The notes: generated from the sequence alone by a model not told the origin. A DNA stretch of 64,000 nucleotides from Candidatus Tepidifontimicrobium thermophilum (GCA_031459915.1 JAVKHO010000013.1:24104-88103); one strand, 5' to 3'. Shown: positions 22,605 to 32,610, numbered from the stretch's first letter. Made by a program: numbers and translations.

Positions 22605-24532
22605 GGGTGCCGACTCCTCCGGGCGGCCAGGTCCTGCAGCGTCTCCGACACCTCCGGCAGCCCGTCCCAGGCCTCCACGGGATACCGCAGCCGCCTGCGC
22701 CAGTTGGGGTGCTGGTCTCCGGTGGTCCCGGGCACATTGTGGCAGGCGGTCGCCAGCCACAGGTCCTCCAGGTGCACCAGCACCGAGCCCGCGGGGCTTT
22801 CCGCCAGCCAGCGCAGGGCCGCGTGGAGGGCCGTCCGCGGCGAGGGGTCCCGGAGGCCCAGCTGGCGGGCCAGCGCCGTCACCACGGCCTGACGCCGGCC
22901 GCGCTCCGCGGACATCTGCTCTGCCGTCATGCGGCCCAACCCGTGGAGTTCTACTAAATCCAGACCCTCCCACCAGCTGGCGAAGGGAGCCGTGTCGTGG
23001 GTCCCCAGCGACGCCACGGTGTCTGGAGCTGGCGGGCGCAGGGGCTCGGAGCCGGCCTCGAAGGCCAGGACGTACATGCGCCACAGGCCCCGACGCTTGA
23101 GCTCCCTCCGGACCGTGCCGGGCACCGTACCCAGGTCCTCGCCCACCACCACCGCGCCCGCACGGACCGCCTCCAGCATCACGGCGGCGTACAGCTCGTC
23201 CGCAGGGTAGCGCACATACACCCCCTCCGTGGCCGGGAACCCCTTCGGGATCCAGTACAGCCGGTGCAGGGCCATGACGTGGTCCAGGCGGACCATACGG
23301 GCCACACGGAACAGCCTGGCCAGACACGCCCTCAGGTAGGCGTACCCGTCCTCCCGCGCCCGCTGCGGGTGCACGGGCGGAAAGCTCCAGTCCTGGCCGA
23401 GGTCCGAAAAGGGGTCCGGCGGCGCTCCCGCGGAAACGCCCTCCACGAACAGGCCGCGGAACTGCCACGGGTCGAACCCGTCCGGGTGCGCACCCAGGGG
23501 CAGGTCCAGATACAGGCACGCCCCGGTCTCCGTAACCGCCTGTAGCTGCCGGTCCGCCAGCCACTGCGCGTACGCGTACACGTCCCGAGCTACCGGGTCC
23601 GCGCCCTCTAACCGGACGCCCGACCGCGCCACTTCCGGCCAGGCCCTCCAAGGCCGGCGCTGTCGTTCCAGGTAGGCCCGGAAGGCGGTGTACGGGGCCA
23701 GCCACGGTTGCCGCCGGGCCCACGCCCGCACTTCCTCCTTCCGCCGGTCCGGAAGCTGCCGCCAGCTCTCTTCCAGCAGGGCCCGTTTTTCCGCGAAGGC
23801 GGCCCGGTAGTCCACGAGCCCCGTGACCGCGGTCCTGCGGGAGCCGGGCAGGTGCACGAACAGCTCGTTCCAGAACAGGCGGCTGGCCGGCAGGTAAGGA
23901 CTGGGCTCGCAGGGCTCGTCCAGAAGCGCCGCAAAGAGCGGCAGGGTCGCCAGAACGCCTGCCCCACGCGCCAGGGCCCAGCTGGCGGCCCGGCGCAGGG
24001 CTTCGAAGTCCGCGCAGAGGCCGTCGGTGCGAGACCACAGGCCGTACGTGGGGACCCACAGGCCCAGGCGGGGCGGCGCAACTCGGGGCAGGCGGCGGGG
24101 GGCCGACAGCACCACCGTGTGCAGCCTCCGCCCGCCGGTGGTCACCACCGCGCGGTGGCAGCCCCAGGGCAGTCGGCCCGGGAATGCGACGTGGCACTCC
24201 ACCCCACCGTCCCGGCCCCGCACGTGCCGGACGCTCAGCTCCGACTCCTCCAGCTCGCCACCACCCTCCAGCAGCACCGCGCAGCGCACACGGTCCGCAG
24301 GGCCCGGCAGCCGGAGCTTCAGACGCAGGCGTCCGTCCCACGCCACCGTGACGGGCTCCACAGCCGGCGGCGGCGCGGCGGCGTCGACCCCCAGGGCCTC
24401 CACAACCGCGCGGACGGCCTCGGGCGAGGCCCGGCGGAGGCGGCCGCGAACGTCCCAGTAGGCGAGCTGCACGCCGGCCCGCCGGAGCACAGGTGCAAGG
24501 TCTCGGGACGACCTCACACGGGCCGACGTCAC
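22601..24532 (-). CDS. malQ: 4-alpha-glucanotransferase (amylomaltase)
   Basis: PSPY, YLDLPLG, GAPPD...[39 protein letters not shown] overlap at 24529-24532. Confidence 0.92.
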   Translation of the reverse strand: MTSARVRSSRDLAPVLRRAGVQLAYWDVRGRLRRASPEAVRAVVEALGVDAAAPPPAVEPVTVAWDGRLRLKLRLPGPADRVRCAVLLEGGGELEESELSVRHVRGRDGGVECHVAFPGRLPWGCHRAVVTTGGRRLHTVVLSAPRRLPRVAPPRLGLWVPTYGLWSRTDGLCADFEALRRAASWALARGAGVLATLPLFAALLDEPCEPSPYLPASRLFWNELFVHLPGSRRTAVTGLVDYRAAFAEKRALLEESWRQLPDRRKEEVRAWARRQPWLAPYTAFRAYLERQRRPWRAWPEVARSGVRLEGADPVARDVYAYAQWLADRQLQAVTETGACLYLDLPLGAHPDGFDPWQFRGLFVEGVSAGAPPDPFSDLGQDWSFPPVHPQRAREDGYAYLRACLARLFRVARMVRLDHVMALHRLYWIPKGFPATEGVYVRYPADELYAAVMLEAVRAGAVVVGEDLGTVPGTVRRELKRRGLWRMYVLAFEAGSEPLRPPAPDTVASLGTHDTAPFASWWEGLDLVELHGLGRMTAEQMSAERGRRQAVVTALARQLGLRDPSPRTALHAALRWLAESPAGSVLVHLEDLWLATACHNVPGTTGDQHPNWRRRLRYPVEAWDGLPEVSETLQDLAARRSRHP

Positions 24533-25251
24533 AGACCGTCCGTGGCCGGCTGCACGGGTGCAGGGCCGCCCCGCCGGCGGCGCTTGCGCCGGCGCCGACG
24601 GGGCGGCTGTCCGGCAGGCTCCGGCGGAGAAGCGGGTGGCGCCGTCTCCCGCACGGGCTCCGCGCGGGGCTCGGCTGCCTCCCCCCGGGCCTCCTGGGCC
24701 GCGGGGCGTACCTTCATCAGCCGGACCTCCTCCGCCACCAGCTCCCGCTCCGCGCTCCACTTCATACGGTCCAGGGTCCGCTCCACTTCTTGCACCGCCA
24801 CCCGGCGGACCAAAGCCTCGTCCAGCATCGCGATGCCCGGGTCCAGCTCCACCGTGTAGCGCACCCGCACACCGTCCTCCACGGGTTCCACCTCGAACTG
24901 GCCCGCGTAGTGGAGAAGGGTCCCGTGGGCCTGACGCCACCGCACGGCCTGACCGGGCTCCAGCTGGGCCCGCACCACCGACTCCACCGGCAGACCTGCC
25001 AGGAAGCCCCGAAGACGCAGAACCCACCGACCTGCCCGTTTTTCCAAAGTGTCCGCCCGCATCCACAGGTCGGACCAGCGCGGCAGGTGCTCCAGGCGGC
25101 TGGCCATGCCGTAGGCCGCCGCGAGGGGGACACGAAGGAGGCGGTGCCCGGTGGCCACCACTCCGCGGGCGGCGGTCACGGCTGCCGCCGCCTCCGCCGC
25201 CGCGGGGGGACGCACCCGCCGGCGCCGGCGTCTGCGACCGGGGCTGTCCAC
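24529..25251 (-). CDS. SRPBCC/START-like protein with Arg-rich termini
   Basis: Core LEHLPRW...VRWRQAHG...YAGQFEVEP...[10 protein letters not shown] plus a C-terminal helix; poly-Arg at both ends. Confidence 0.6.
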   Translation of the reverse strand: MDSPGRRRRRRRVRPPAAAEAAAAVTAARGVVATGHRLLRVPLAAAYGMASRLEHLPRWSDLWMRADTLEKRAGRWVLRLRGFLAGLPVESVVRAQLEPGQAVRWRQAHGTLLHYAGQFEVEPVEDGVRVRYTVELDPGIAMLDEALVRRVAVQEVERTLDRMKWSAERELVAEEVRLMKVRPAAQEARGEAAEPRAEPVRETAPPASPPEPAGQPPRRRRRKRRRRGGPAPVQPATDGL

Positions 25252-26238
25252 CTAGACCACCGACCGCAGCTCCTCCCGGGCCCGGCGGGCACCCTCCACC
25301 ATGGAGGCCAGCTTGCCCACCGCCTCGTCGATGGTCCGCGTCTTCAGGCCGCAGTCCGGGGACACGTACACCTGACGGGGCTCGAACACCTCCAGGGACC
25401 GACGGATCCCGTCCAGCACCTCCTCCACCGTCTCCACGCGGTGGGAGTGGGCGTCGATAACCCCGAGTCCGATGTCCTTGGTGAACCGGTGCCGGCGGAA
25501 CACCTCCAGGAGGGCGAAGTCCTCGTTCTTCAGGGCCAGGTCGATCTGGCGGACCGGTAGGTCCAGCATCCTCGGGTAGATGCGGGGGACGTCCCCGTAG
25601 CACACGTGGGTGATGGTGTAGGCGCTGAGCCCGTCCGTGACGACCTCCATGGCCTCCCGGGCCAGCTCGAAGTCCTCGTCCGGGCGGGTGTGGATGGCGG
25701 GTTCGTCGATCTGGATGAACCGGGCCCCGGCCCGTTCCAGGTCCACCGCCTCCTCGTGGATGGCCCGGGCCAGCTCCAGTACCAGCTCCCGCCGGGTCGG
25801 GTAGTACTCGTTGAAGGACCACTCCGCGATGGTGTACGGGCCCGTGAGCATCCCCTTCACCGGCTTGCCCGTCAGCGACTGGGCGAAGCGGAACCACTCC
25901 ACGGTGATGGGCCGCTTGCGGCCCACGGGTCCGGTCACCACGGGCTTGGGATAGTAGCGGTTCCCGTACGACCGAACCAGGCCCGCGATGGCAAACCCGT
26001 CCATTTCGTCCGCGAAGTACGCCACCATGTCGCCCCGGTACATCTCCCCGTCGACGAAGACGTCCAGGCCCAGCTCTTCCTGACGCTGGATCCACTCCCG
26101 CGTGGCCTGCTCCTCCAGCCGGCGCAGCTCCTCGGGCTCGATCTGGCCCCGCAGCCGCTTGCGCCGCGCCTCCAGCAGGTACGGAGGCTTGGGGAAGGAC
26201 CCTACCGTGGTGGTCGGGAACAGGGGCAGGTCGCTCAC
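25252..26238 (-). CDS. Cobalamin-independent methionine synthase, catalytic (C-terminal-half) subunit
   Basis: PTTTVGSFPK, DGEMYRGDMVAYF, KGMLTGPYTIAEWSF, IQIDEPA, THVCYG, PDCGLKT. Confidence 0.9.
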   Translation of the reverse strand: MSDLPLFPTTTVGSFPKPPYLLEARRKRLRGQIEPEELRRLEEQATREWIQRQEELGLDVFVDGEMYRGDMVAYFADEMDGFAIAGLVRSYGNRYYPKPVVTGPVGRKRPITVEWFRFAQSLTGKPVKGMLTGPYTIAEWSFNEYYPTRRELVLELARAIHEEAVDLERAGARFIQIDEPAIHTRPDEDFELAREAMEVVTDGLSAYTITHVCYGDVPRIYPRMLDLPVRQIDLALKNEDFALLEVFRRHRFTKDIGLGVIDAHSHRVETVEEVLDGIRRSLEVFEPRQVYVSPDCGLKTRTIDEAVGKLASMVEGARRAREELRSVV

Positions 26239-27215
26239 CGGGTCACCTCCACAGCCGCCCGCTTGACCTCCGACAGCCGCACCAGCTTGGCCTTCGCGGC
26301 CCGCCGGGGCAGGAACTCCAGCCCTGCGGTGGGGCCCAGGTCCACGCGGTCCAGGGAGACGAACCGGGACACCCGGTCCAGGGCCCGCAGGACTTCCTCC
26401 ACGGTCTCCAGGCGGGTGTTCCGGGCGTCCAGCACCCCGAAGCCCAACCGCCGGTCCGGGGGGAACCCCTCCGCCTCCAGGACCTCCCAGTTCCGAGGGC
26501 CTGCCACGAAGTCCAACCCCACCGCCTGCACCGGCAGTTCCACCAACGCCCCCAGCAGGCCCCGGGCGTCGCCGAAGTACGTGTACAGGGCCACGGGCGA
26601 GCGCACGCCCTCCAGGACGGCCGCCATGGCCTCCCGGAACAGGGGCAGGTCGTCCTTGTAGTGCAGGATGGCGGGTTCGTCCAACTGCACTGCGGGCGGA
26701 GACTCCGCGTCCAGGGCCCGCAGTTCCTGGTTCAGCGCCCGGGCCACGGCCAGCACGAAGTCCGCAAACCTCGCGTAGTGGCGGTTCTGGCTGAGCCGGC
26801 TCAGGGTGTATGGGCCGGTCACCACCGGCTTGACGGGCCTGGGGCTGTGTCGGCGGGCGAACCGGTAGTCCTCCACGGTGATGGGCTCGCGCCAGCTCAC
26901 GGGGCCCTCCGCCACCGGCTGGCGGTAGTACACGTTGGTGTCGAACCACCGCTGCAGCCCGTCGATGGTGAACCCGGACAGGCGGCGGGCGAAGTACGTC
27001 TGAGGGTCCTCCCACCGGATCTGCCCGTCGGTGATCAGGTCCAGGCCCGCCTCCACCTGGTCCGCGATCGCCTCCAGGGTCACCTCGTCCTCCACCTGGC
27101 GGAACTGCTCGCGAGTGATCTCGCCCCGCTGTAGCTTCTCCGCGGCAGTCCGCCACCGGCCAGGTGCCGGCAAGTCAGGGATCTTCGGGTAGCTCCCCAC
27201 GTGGGTGGTGCGCAA
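26235..27215 (-). CDS. Cobalamin-independent methionine synthase, N-terminal-half subunit (split MetE)
   Basis: TDGQIRWED, RWFDTNVYYRQP, TGPYT, QLDEPA, YTYFGD, GVLDARN; no HxC or PDCG Zn ligands; TTG start. Confidence 0.82.
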   Translation of the reverse strand: MRTTHVGSYPKIPDLPAPGRWRTAAEKLQRGEITREQFRQVEDEVTLEAIADQVEAGLDLITDGQIRWEDPQTYFARRLSGFTIDGLQRWFDTNVYYRQPVAEGPVSWREPITVEDYRFARRHSPRPVKPVVTGPYTLSRLSQNRHYARFADFVLAVARALNQELRALDAESPPAVQLDEPAILHYKDDLPLFREAMAAVLEGVRSPVALYTYFGDARGLLGALVELPVQAVGLDFVAGPRNWEVLEAEGFPPDRRLGFGVLDARNTRLETVEEVLRALDRVSRFVSLDRVDLGPTAGLEFLPRRAAKAKLVRLSEVKRAAVEVTR

Positions 27216-27234
27216 GGCTTCCCTCCTTCTGCGG

Positions 27235-28377
27235 TCACGTGCCCCGCAGCACCGCGCGGGCGACGATCAGCCGCTGGATCTCGCTGGTGCCCTCTCCGAT
27301 CTCGCAGAGGCGCACGTCCCGATAATACCGCTCCACGGGGTAGTCGCGGATGTACCCGTAGCCGCCGTGCACCTGCAGGGCGCGGTCTGCGGCCCGGTGG
27401 GCTGCCTCGGAGGCGTACAGCTTCGCCATGCTGGCCTCCTTGCGGAAGGGCAGGCCCTGATCCGCGAGCCAGGCGGCCCGCAGGACCAGCAGCCAGGCAG
27501 CGTCCAGCTCCACCGCGGAGTCCGCCAGCATCCACTGCACCGCCTGGAACTCCGCGATGGGCTTCCCGAAAGCCACCCGGCCCTTCGCGTACGCCACGGC
27601 TGCCTCCAGGGCCGCCCGGCCGATGCCCACCGCCATGGCCCCGATACCGATCCGGCCGCCCTCCAGGACCCGCATGGCCTGGCCGTAGCCCTCCCCTTCG
27701 GCACCCAGCCGGTTCTCCTCCGGGACCTCCGCGTCCTCGAACACCACCTCCGCGGTGTCGGAGGCCCGCAGCCCCAGCTTGTCCTCCTTCTTGCCCACCC
27801 GCAGGCCCGGCGTCCCCCGCTCCACCACAAAGGCGCTGATGCCCCCGGGCCCTTCTCCGCCCGTGCGCGCCAGCACCACGTACACCCCCGCCACGGAGCC
27901 CTGGGTGACGAAGACCTTCGTCCCGTTCAGTACGTACCGGTCCCCCCGCCGGTCCGCCCGGGTCCGCAGGGCCGCGGCGTCGCTGCCCGCCTGAGGCTCC
28001 GTGAGGCACCAGGCTCCCAACACCTCCCCGCGGGCCAGCCGCGGGAGGTAGCGGCGCTTTTGCTCCTCGTTGCCGAACAGCAGGATGTGGGCGGTGCACA
28101 GGGAGTTGTGGGACGCCACGGTGAGGGCCAGGGCCCCGTCGCCCCACGCGATGCGCTCCACCGCCAGGGCCGCGGACACCGCGTCCATGCCGCTGCCTCC
28201 GTACTCCTCCGGCACCGCCAGGCCCAGCAAGCCCAGCTCCGCCAGCTGCGGCACCACCTCGTGCGGGAACCGGCCTTCCCGGTCCCACCGGGCGGCGTGA
28301 GGCCGCACCCGTTGCGCCGCGAACTCCGCCACTGCCTGGTAGACCAGCCGCTGGGACTCCGTCAGCTCGAAGCGCAC
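27235..28377 (-). CDS. Acyl-CoA dehydrogenase
   Basis: [50 protein letters not shown]. Confidence 0.95.
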   Translation of the reverse strand: MRFELTESQRLVYQAVAEFAAQRVRPHAARWDREGRFPHEVVPQLAELGLLGLAVPEEYGGSGMDAVSAALAVERIAWGDGALALTVASHNSLCTAHILLFGNEEQKRRYLPRLARGEVLGAWCLTEPQAGSDAAALRTRADRRGDRYVLNGTKVFVTQGSVAGVYVVLARTGGEGPGGISAFVVERGTPGLRVGKKEDKLGLRASDTAEVVFEDAEVPEENRLGAEGEGYGQAMRVLEGGRIGIGAMAVGIGRAALEAAVAYAKGRVAFGKPIAEFQAVQWMLADSAVELDAAWLLVLRAAWLADQGLPFRKEASMAKLYASEAAHRAADRALQVHGGYGYIRDYPVERYYRDVRLCEIGEGTSEIQRLIVARAVLRGT

Positions 28378-28380
28378 CCT

Positions 28381-29835
28381 TCACCCCTTCACCACACCGA
28401 TGGGCCGCATCTTCGCTACCTTCCGGGAGATCCCTGCCCCGTGGCAGACCTCCACCACGTCGGCCACGTCCTTGTAGGCCTCGGAGGCCTCCTCCGCCAG
28501 GAGGGACCGGTTCTGCGCCCGTACCAGAATGCCGCGCTTCTCCAGTTCCGCGGCGATGTCCACACCCCGCAGCTCCCGCACCGCGGCCTTCCGGCTCCGC
28601 ACGCGTCCGGCGCCGTGGCAGGTGCTGCCGAAGGTCTCCTCCATGGCCCGCTCGGTCCCCACGGCCACGAAGGAGTACCGCCCCATATCGCCCGGGATCA
28701 GCACCGGCTGGCCGATGTCCCGGTACCGGGCGGGGATCTCCGGGTGGCCGGGCGGGAACGCCCGCGTGGCGCCCTTCCGGTGCACCACCAGTCGGACAGG
28801 ACGGCCGTCCACCGGGTAGGTCTCCAGCTTGGCGATGTTGTGGGCCACGTCGTAAACCACCTGCAGCCCGATCTCGCGCAGATGCCGGCCCAGCACCTTG
28901 CTGAAGGACTCCCGGACCCAGTGGGTGATCATCTGCCGGTTCGCCCACGCGAAGTTGGCCGCGCAGCACATGGCCCGGAAGTACTCCTGGCCCTCCGGGG
29001 ACGAGAAGGGAGCGCACGCCAGCTGTCGGTCCGGCAGGCTGATCCCGTACTTCCTGAGGGCACGGTCCGCCACCCGGAGGTAGTCCTCGCACACCTGGTA
29101 GCCGAGGCCCCGGGACCCCGTGTGGATGAACACCACCACCTGGCCGGGGAAAAGCCCCATGACCTCCGCGGCCCGGCGGTCGTACACCTCCTCCACCACC
29201 TGCACCTCGAGGAAGTGGTTCCCCGAACCCAGGGTGCCGATCTGGTCCTTGCCGCGCTCCTTGGCCCGGGGGCTCACCGCGTCCGGGTCCGCGTCCCGGA
29301 GCTGGCCGGAGGCCTCGATGCTGTCGAGGTCCGCGGGAGTCCCGAAGCCCCGCTCCACCGCCCAGCGCGCCCCGCCCCGCAGCACGTCGTCCACCTCCCG
29401 CAGGGAGACCCGGACCTTCCCGGTGCTGCCCACGCCGGAGGGCACGTTGCGGAACAGCTCCTCCACCAGCTCCCGCAGCCGGGGGCGCACGTCGTCCTCC
29501 GTGAGGTCGGTGCGCAGCAGCCGGACGCCGCAGTTTATGTCGTAGCCCACGCCGCCCGGGGAGATCACCCCGTCGTCCGCGCGGAGCGCCGCCACCCCGC
29601 CCACGGGGAACCCGTAGCCCCAGTGGATGTCCGGCATGGCCAGGGAGTACCGGACGATCCCGGGCAGGGTGGCCACGTTGGCCACCTGCTCCAGGGCTTG
29701 GTCCTGGCCGATCTGCCGCAGCATGGTCTCGTCCGCGTACACGAGCCCCGGCACCCGCATGCCCGGCTTGTAGTCCTGCGGGATCTCCCACCGGTACTCG
29801 TCGATCTTGCGCAGCACCCGTGTCCACTGCGTCAC
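28381..29835 (-). CDS. rtcB: RtcB RNA-splicing/repair ligase
   Basis: MPDIHWGYGFPVG, GYDINCGVR, GSGNHFLE, HTGSRG, VAHN, HRKGAT, PGDMG, STCHGAGR; GTG 29835 after GGGAGG. Confidence 0.95.
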   Translation of the reverse strand: MTQWTRVLRKIDEYRWEIPQDYKPGMRVPGLVYADETMLRQIGQDQALEQVANVATLPGIVRYSLAMPDIHWGYGFPVGGVAALRADDGVISPGGVGYDINCGVRLLRTDLTEDDVRPRLRELVEELFRNVPSGVGSTGKVRVSLREVDDVLRGGARWAVERGFGTPADLDSIEASGQLRDADPDAVSPRAKERGKDQIGTLGSGNHFLEVQVVEEVYDRRAAEVMGLFPGQVVVFIHTGSRGLGYQVCEDYLRVADRALRKYGISLPDRQLACAPFSSPEGQEYFRAMCCAANFAWANRQMITHWVRESFSKVLGRHLREIGLQVVYDVAHNIAKLETYPVDGRPVRLVVHRKGATRAFPPGHPEIPARYRDIGQPVLIPGDMGRYSFVAVGTERAMEETFGSTCHGAGRVRSRKAAVRELRGVDIAAELEKRGILVRAQNRSLLAEEASEAYKDVADVVEVCHGAGISRKVAKMRPIGVVKG

Positions 29836-29906
29836 GGCCGCACCTCCCAAACAAAGAGCCCCCCACTTCCGTGAGGGGCCCCGCGGACTGCGTCCGGCTG
29901 ACGCGG

Positions 29907-30161
29907 CTAGAAGGGCACGGCCTCCACCGCCTGGATCTCCGGGACCTCCTCGCGGATCATCCGCTCCACCCCGGCCTGCAGGGTCATCATGGAGTACATG
30001 CAACCCACGCAGGCGCCCGCCAGCCGGATCTGTACGATGCCGTCAGACACGTCCACCAGCTCGATGTCCCCACCGTCCGCCTGGATGTAGGGCCGGATAG
30101 CCTCCAGCACGCGCTCCACGCGCGCCCGCACGTCCAGTTCGTTCGAAACCGCCTCGCTCAT
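29907..30161 (-). CDS. NifU/Nfu C-terminal-domain Fe-S protein
   Basis: IRPYIQADGGDIEL...GACVGC...TLQAGVE. Confidence 0.9.
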   Translation of the reverse strand: MSEAVSNELDVRARVERVLEAIRPYIQADGGDIELVDVSDGIVQIRLAGACVGCMYSMMTLQAGVERMIREEVPEIQAVEAVPF

Positions 30162-30175
30162 CCCCGCCTCCCCTG

Positions 30176-30544
30176 CTAGGCCTGCCGGGCCTCCTCACAC
30201 GGCTGCGCCTCGCCCGCGTCGTCCGCGGTCTTGAAGGAGTGCCCGCAGCCGCACGTGGCCACCGCCCTAGGGTTGTGAACCGCGAACCCCTCTCCGAACG
30301 GCGTCTGCCGGTAGTCGATGCGCGCGCCGTCCATCACCCGCCAGGTCAGGGGGTCCACCACCAGCCGGATCCCGTACTGCTCGGTGACCCGGTCGTCCGG
30401 CTGGACCCGGTCGTCGAATCCCATCCCGTAGGTGAACCCCTCGCACCCGCCCTTGGTGACGAACAGGCGCAGGTAAACTTCCCCCGGCTGGTCCGCCATC
30501 AGCTCCCGGATCTTCTGGGCCGCGACTTCCGTCAGGGTGATCAT
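30176..30544 (-). CDS. HesB/IscA A-type Fe-S carrier
   Basis: MITLTE, GGCEGFTY, NP...TCGCGHSF; ATG 30544. Confidence 0.93.
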   Translation of the reverse strand: MITLTEVAAQKIRELMADQPGEVYLRLFVTKGGCEGFTYGMGFDDRVQPDDRVTEQYGIRLVVDPLTWRVMDGARIDYRQTPFGEGFAVHNPRAVATCGCGHSFKTADDAGEAQPCEEARQA

Positions 30545-30590
30545 GCCGCCTCCCCGGCCCCGCGGAAAGCCTCCGCGGAAACCCGACTCG

Positions 30591-30619
30591 ATTCTAGGGG
30601 CCGGCCCGGGGCGTGTCAA
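30591..30619 (-). promoter_or_regulatory. Sigma70-type promoter for iscA-nifU(-rtcB)
   Basis: Minus strand TTGACA-N17-TAGAAT. Confidence 0.8.
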
Positions 30620-30639
30620 ACGCCTGGTCGCCCGCGCGG

Positions 30640-30668
30640 TTGGCCCCGTGCGGCGGGTGTGCTACAAT
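30640..30668 (+). promoter_or_regulatory. Putative divergent promoter for yjbQ
   Basis: TTGGCC-N17-TACAAT with an extended -10 TG. Confidence 0.6.
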
Positions 30669-30751
30669 CCCGCTGATCTCGCAGGAACCCACGGACGGAC
30701 CCTCGCCGGCCGCCAAGGCCGCGCAGGGTGTGACAAGGGAGGTATGCAGGC

Positions 30752-31213
30752 GTGAAGCGGGCGGCCGAGGCGGCTTCGGGGCTGTTCAAGGTCTTCACGG
30801 AAACCTTCCAGATCCACAGCACGGAGCGGTTCGAGGTCCGGAACATCACCGACCTGGTCCGGAACCTCCCCGCCCTGGCGGAGGTCACGCACGGGATCGT
30901 GCACCTGCAGTCCCTGCACACGACCACCGCGCTGTTCCTCAACGAGTTCCAGGACGCCCTACTGCAGGACGTCCGGGAGCTGCTGCAGCGGCTGGTAGCC
31001 GAGACGGAGCGCTACTTCCACAACGACCCCGCCTACTCCGACTGCGACCGGAGCAACGCCACCTCTCACCTCCGGTCGCTGCTCCTGGGGAACAGCGTCA
31101 CCATCCCCATCCACGAGGGGAAGCTGCTGCTGGGCCGGTTCCAGAGCGTGATCTTCGCGGAGCTGGACGGCCCGCAGACGCGCCGGATCGTGGCGCAGGT
31201 CATGGGCGTCTAA
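30752..31213 (+). CDS. YjbQ (UPF0047) family protein
   Basis: HTTTALFLNE, NATSHLRSLLLG, LGRFQSVIFAELDG. Confidence 0.9.
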   Translation: MKRAAEAASGLFKVFTETFQIHSTERFEVRNITDLVRNLPALAEVTHGIVHLQSLHTTTALFLNEFQDALLQDVRELLQRLVAETERYFHNDPAYSDCDRSNATSHLRSLLLGNSVTIPIHEGKLLLGRFQSVIFAELDGPQTRRIVAQVMGV

Positions 31214-31255
31214 AAGACCCGTCAGGGGTCGCGCCGAGGGGGAAGGAGCCCGCCC

Positions 31256-32440
31256 TCAGGTCCGGCCTGCGGGCTCGCCCTCCGGTTCCGGCAGGCCCGT
31301 GCGGACCGGCCGGCCCGCGTTCTGCCAGGCGAGGATCCCACCCACCAGGTTGAACACGCGGTCGTAGCCGCGCTCCCGGAGCCACTGGGTCACCTTGCCG
31401 CTGCGCTGGCCGGAGGCGCAGTACACCACCACGGTCCGGTCCCTGGGGATCTCGTGGTACCGGGCCTCCACCTGGCCCATGGGGATCCACCGCATGCCCT
31501 CGATGTGGGCCTGAGCCACCTCCCAGGCCTCGCGCACGTCCAACAGCACGGCCCCCTCCCGGAGCAGCCCGTCCACCTCCGCCACGGACACCTCCGCGGG
31601 AGCCGGCTGGACCTCCACGGAGCGGTCGTGAGCCGGCACCCCGCAGAAGGCCTCGTAGTCGATGAGCTCGCGGAGGGTGGGGTGGTCGCCGCACACCGGG
31701 CAGTCGGGGTTCCGGGTCCACCGGACGAAGCGGATCTCGCCGGAAAGCGCGTCGAACAGCATGAGCCGGTTGGCCAGGGTCTCCCCCACCCCCAGGAGGA
31801 TCTTGATGGCCTCCAGGGCCTGGTGGGTGCCCATGAAGCCGGCCACCGCCCCCACGATCCCGGCCTCCGCGCAGGAGGGCACCGCCCCCGGCGGCGGGGG
31901 GCTGGGGAACAGGCAACGGTAGCAGCCCCGGCCCGGGAGGAAGGTGGTCGCCTGCCCCTCCCAACGCAGGATGCTGGCGTCCACCAGGGGCTTCCCCAGC
32001 AGCACGCACGCGTCGTTGACCAGGTAACGGGTGGGGAAGTTGTCGCTGCCGTTGATGACCACGTCGTACTGCGAGAGGATCTCCAGGGCGTTGGCGGAGG
32101 TCAGCACGGTCTGGTGGGGCACCACCCGCACGTCGGGGTTCACGTCCTCCAAGGTCCGGCGGGCCGACTGGGTCTTGGGCCGGCCGATGTCGTGGTTGAA
32201 GTGCAGGATCTGCCGGTGCAGGTTGGTGAGGTCCACCCGGTCACCGTCTACGATCCCGATGGTGCCCACTCCCGCAGCGGCCAGGTACAGGGCCGCGGGC
32301 GACCCGAGCCCTCCGGCGCCCACCACCAGCACGCGGCCTTCCAGCAGCCTGCGCTGGCCCCCTACCCCGACCTCCTCCAGGATGATCTGCCTGGAGTACC
32401 TCTGGAGCTGTTCCTCCGTCAGAGCCTCGACCTTCGTCAT
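31256..32440 (-). CDS. moeB: MoeB/ThiF adenylyltransferase with C-terminal rhodanese (MoeZ-type)
   Basis: RYSRQIIL, GAGGLGSP, NLHRQ, DNFPTRY, CYRC, SCAEAG, CPVC; rhodanese DVRE...YCASGQRS...GGILAW. Confidence 0.92.
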   Translation of the reverse strand: MTKVEALTEEQLQRYSRQIILEEVGVGGQRRLLEGRVLVVGAGGLGSPAALYLAAAGVGTIGIVDGDRVDLTNLHRQILHFNHDIGRPKTQSARRTLEDVNPDVRVVPHQTVLTSANALEILSQYDVVINGSDNFPTRYLVNDACVLLGKPLVDASILRWEGQATTFLPGRGCYRCLFPSPPPPGAVPSCAEAGIVGAVAGFMGTHQALEAIKILLGVGETLANRLMLFDALSGEIRFVRWTRNPDCPVCGDHPTLRELIDYEAFCGVPAHDRSVEVQPAPAEVSVAEVDGLLREGAVLLDVREAWEVAQAHIEGMRWIPMGQVEARYHEIPRDRTVVVYCASGQRSGKVTQWLRERGYDRVFNLVGGILAWQNAGRPVRTGLPEPEGEPAGRT

Positions 32441-32581
32441 ACTCGTCTCCCGAACGCCTGAGTGGGTTCCGAATCCGGACAACGCGGGACGCGCGGGGGT
32501 ATCCTCCCGAAGCGGGGTCTACCCCCGCCGGGGACAGATGCACTCGCGGGGCTTTCGCAGGCCTCCCATGGGTCCGCTAGG

Positions 32582-32610
32582 AGGGTACCCGACCCGAGGG
32601 CCGGTGTCAA
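32582..32610 (-). promoter_or_regulatory. Sigma70-type promoter for moeB
   Basis: Minus strand TTGACA-N17-TACCCT. Confidence 0.65.

Noticed and set aside
27205..29874. 889 aa plus-strand ORF and many similar long antisense or alternative-frame ORFs (e.g. 7349..9790, 16940..19114, 27080..29866)
   Set aside because: Shadow ORFs of well-supported genes; stop codons are scarce at this GC content and the translations show no motifs.
32441..32600. Moco riboswitch upstream of moeB
   Set aside because: The GCCUCCC-like element is on the wrong strand and the remaining consensus is not evident.
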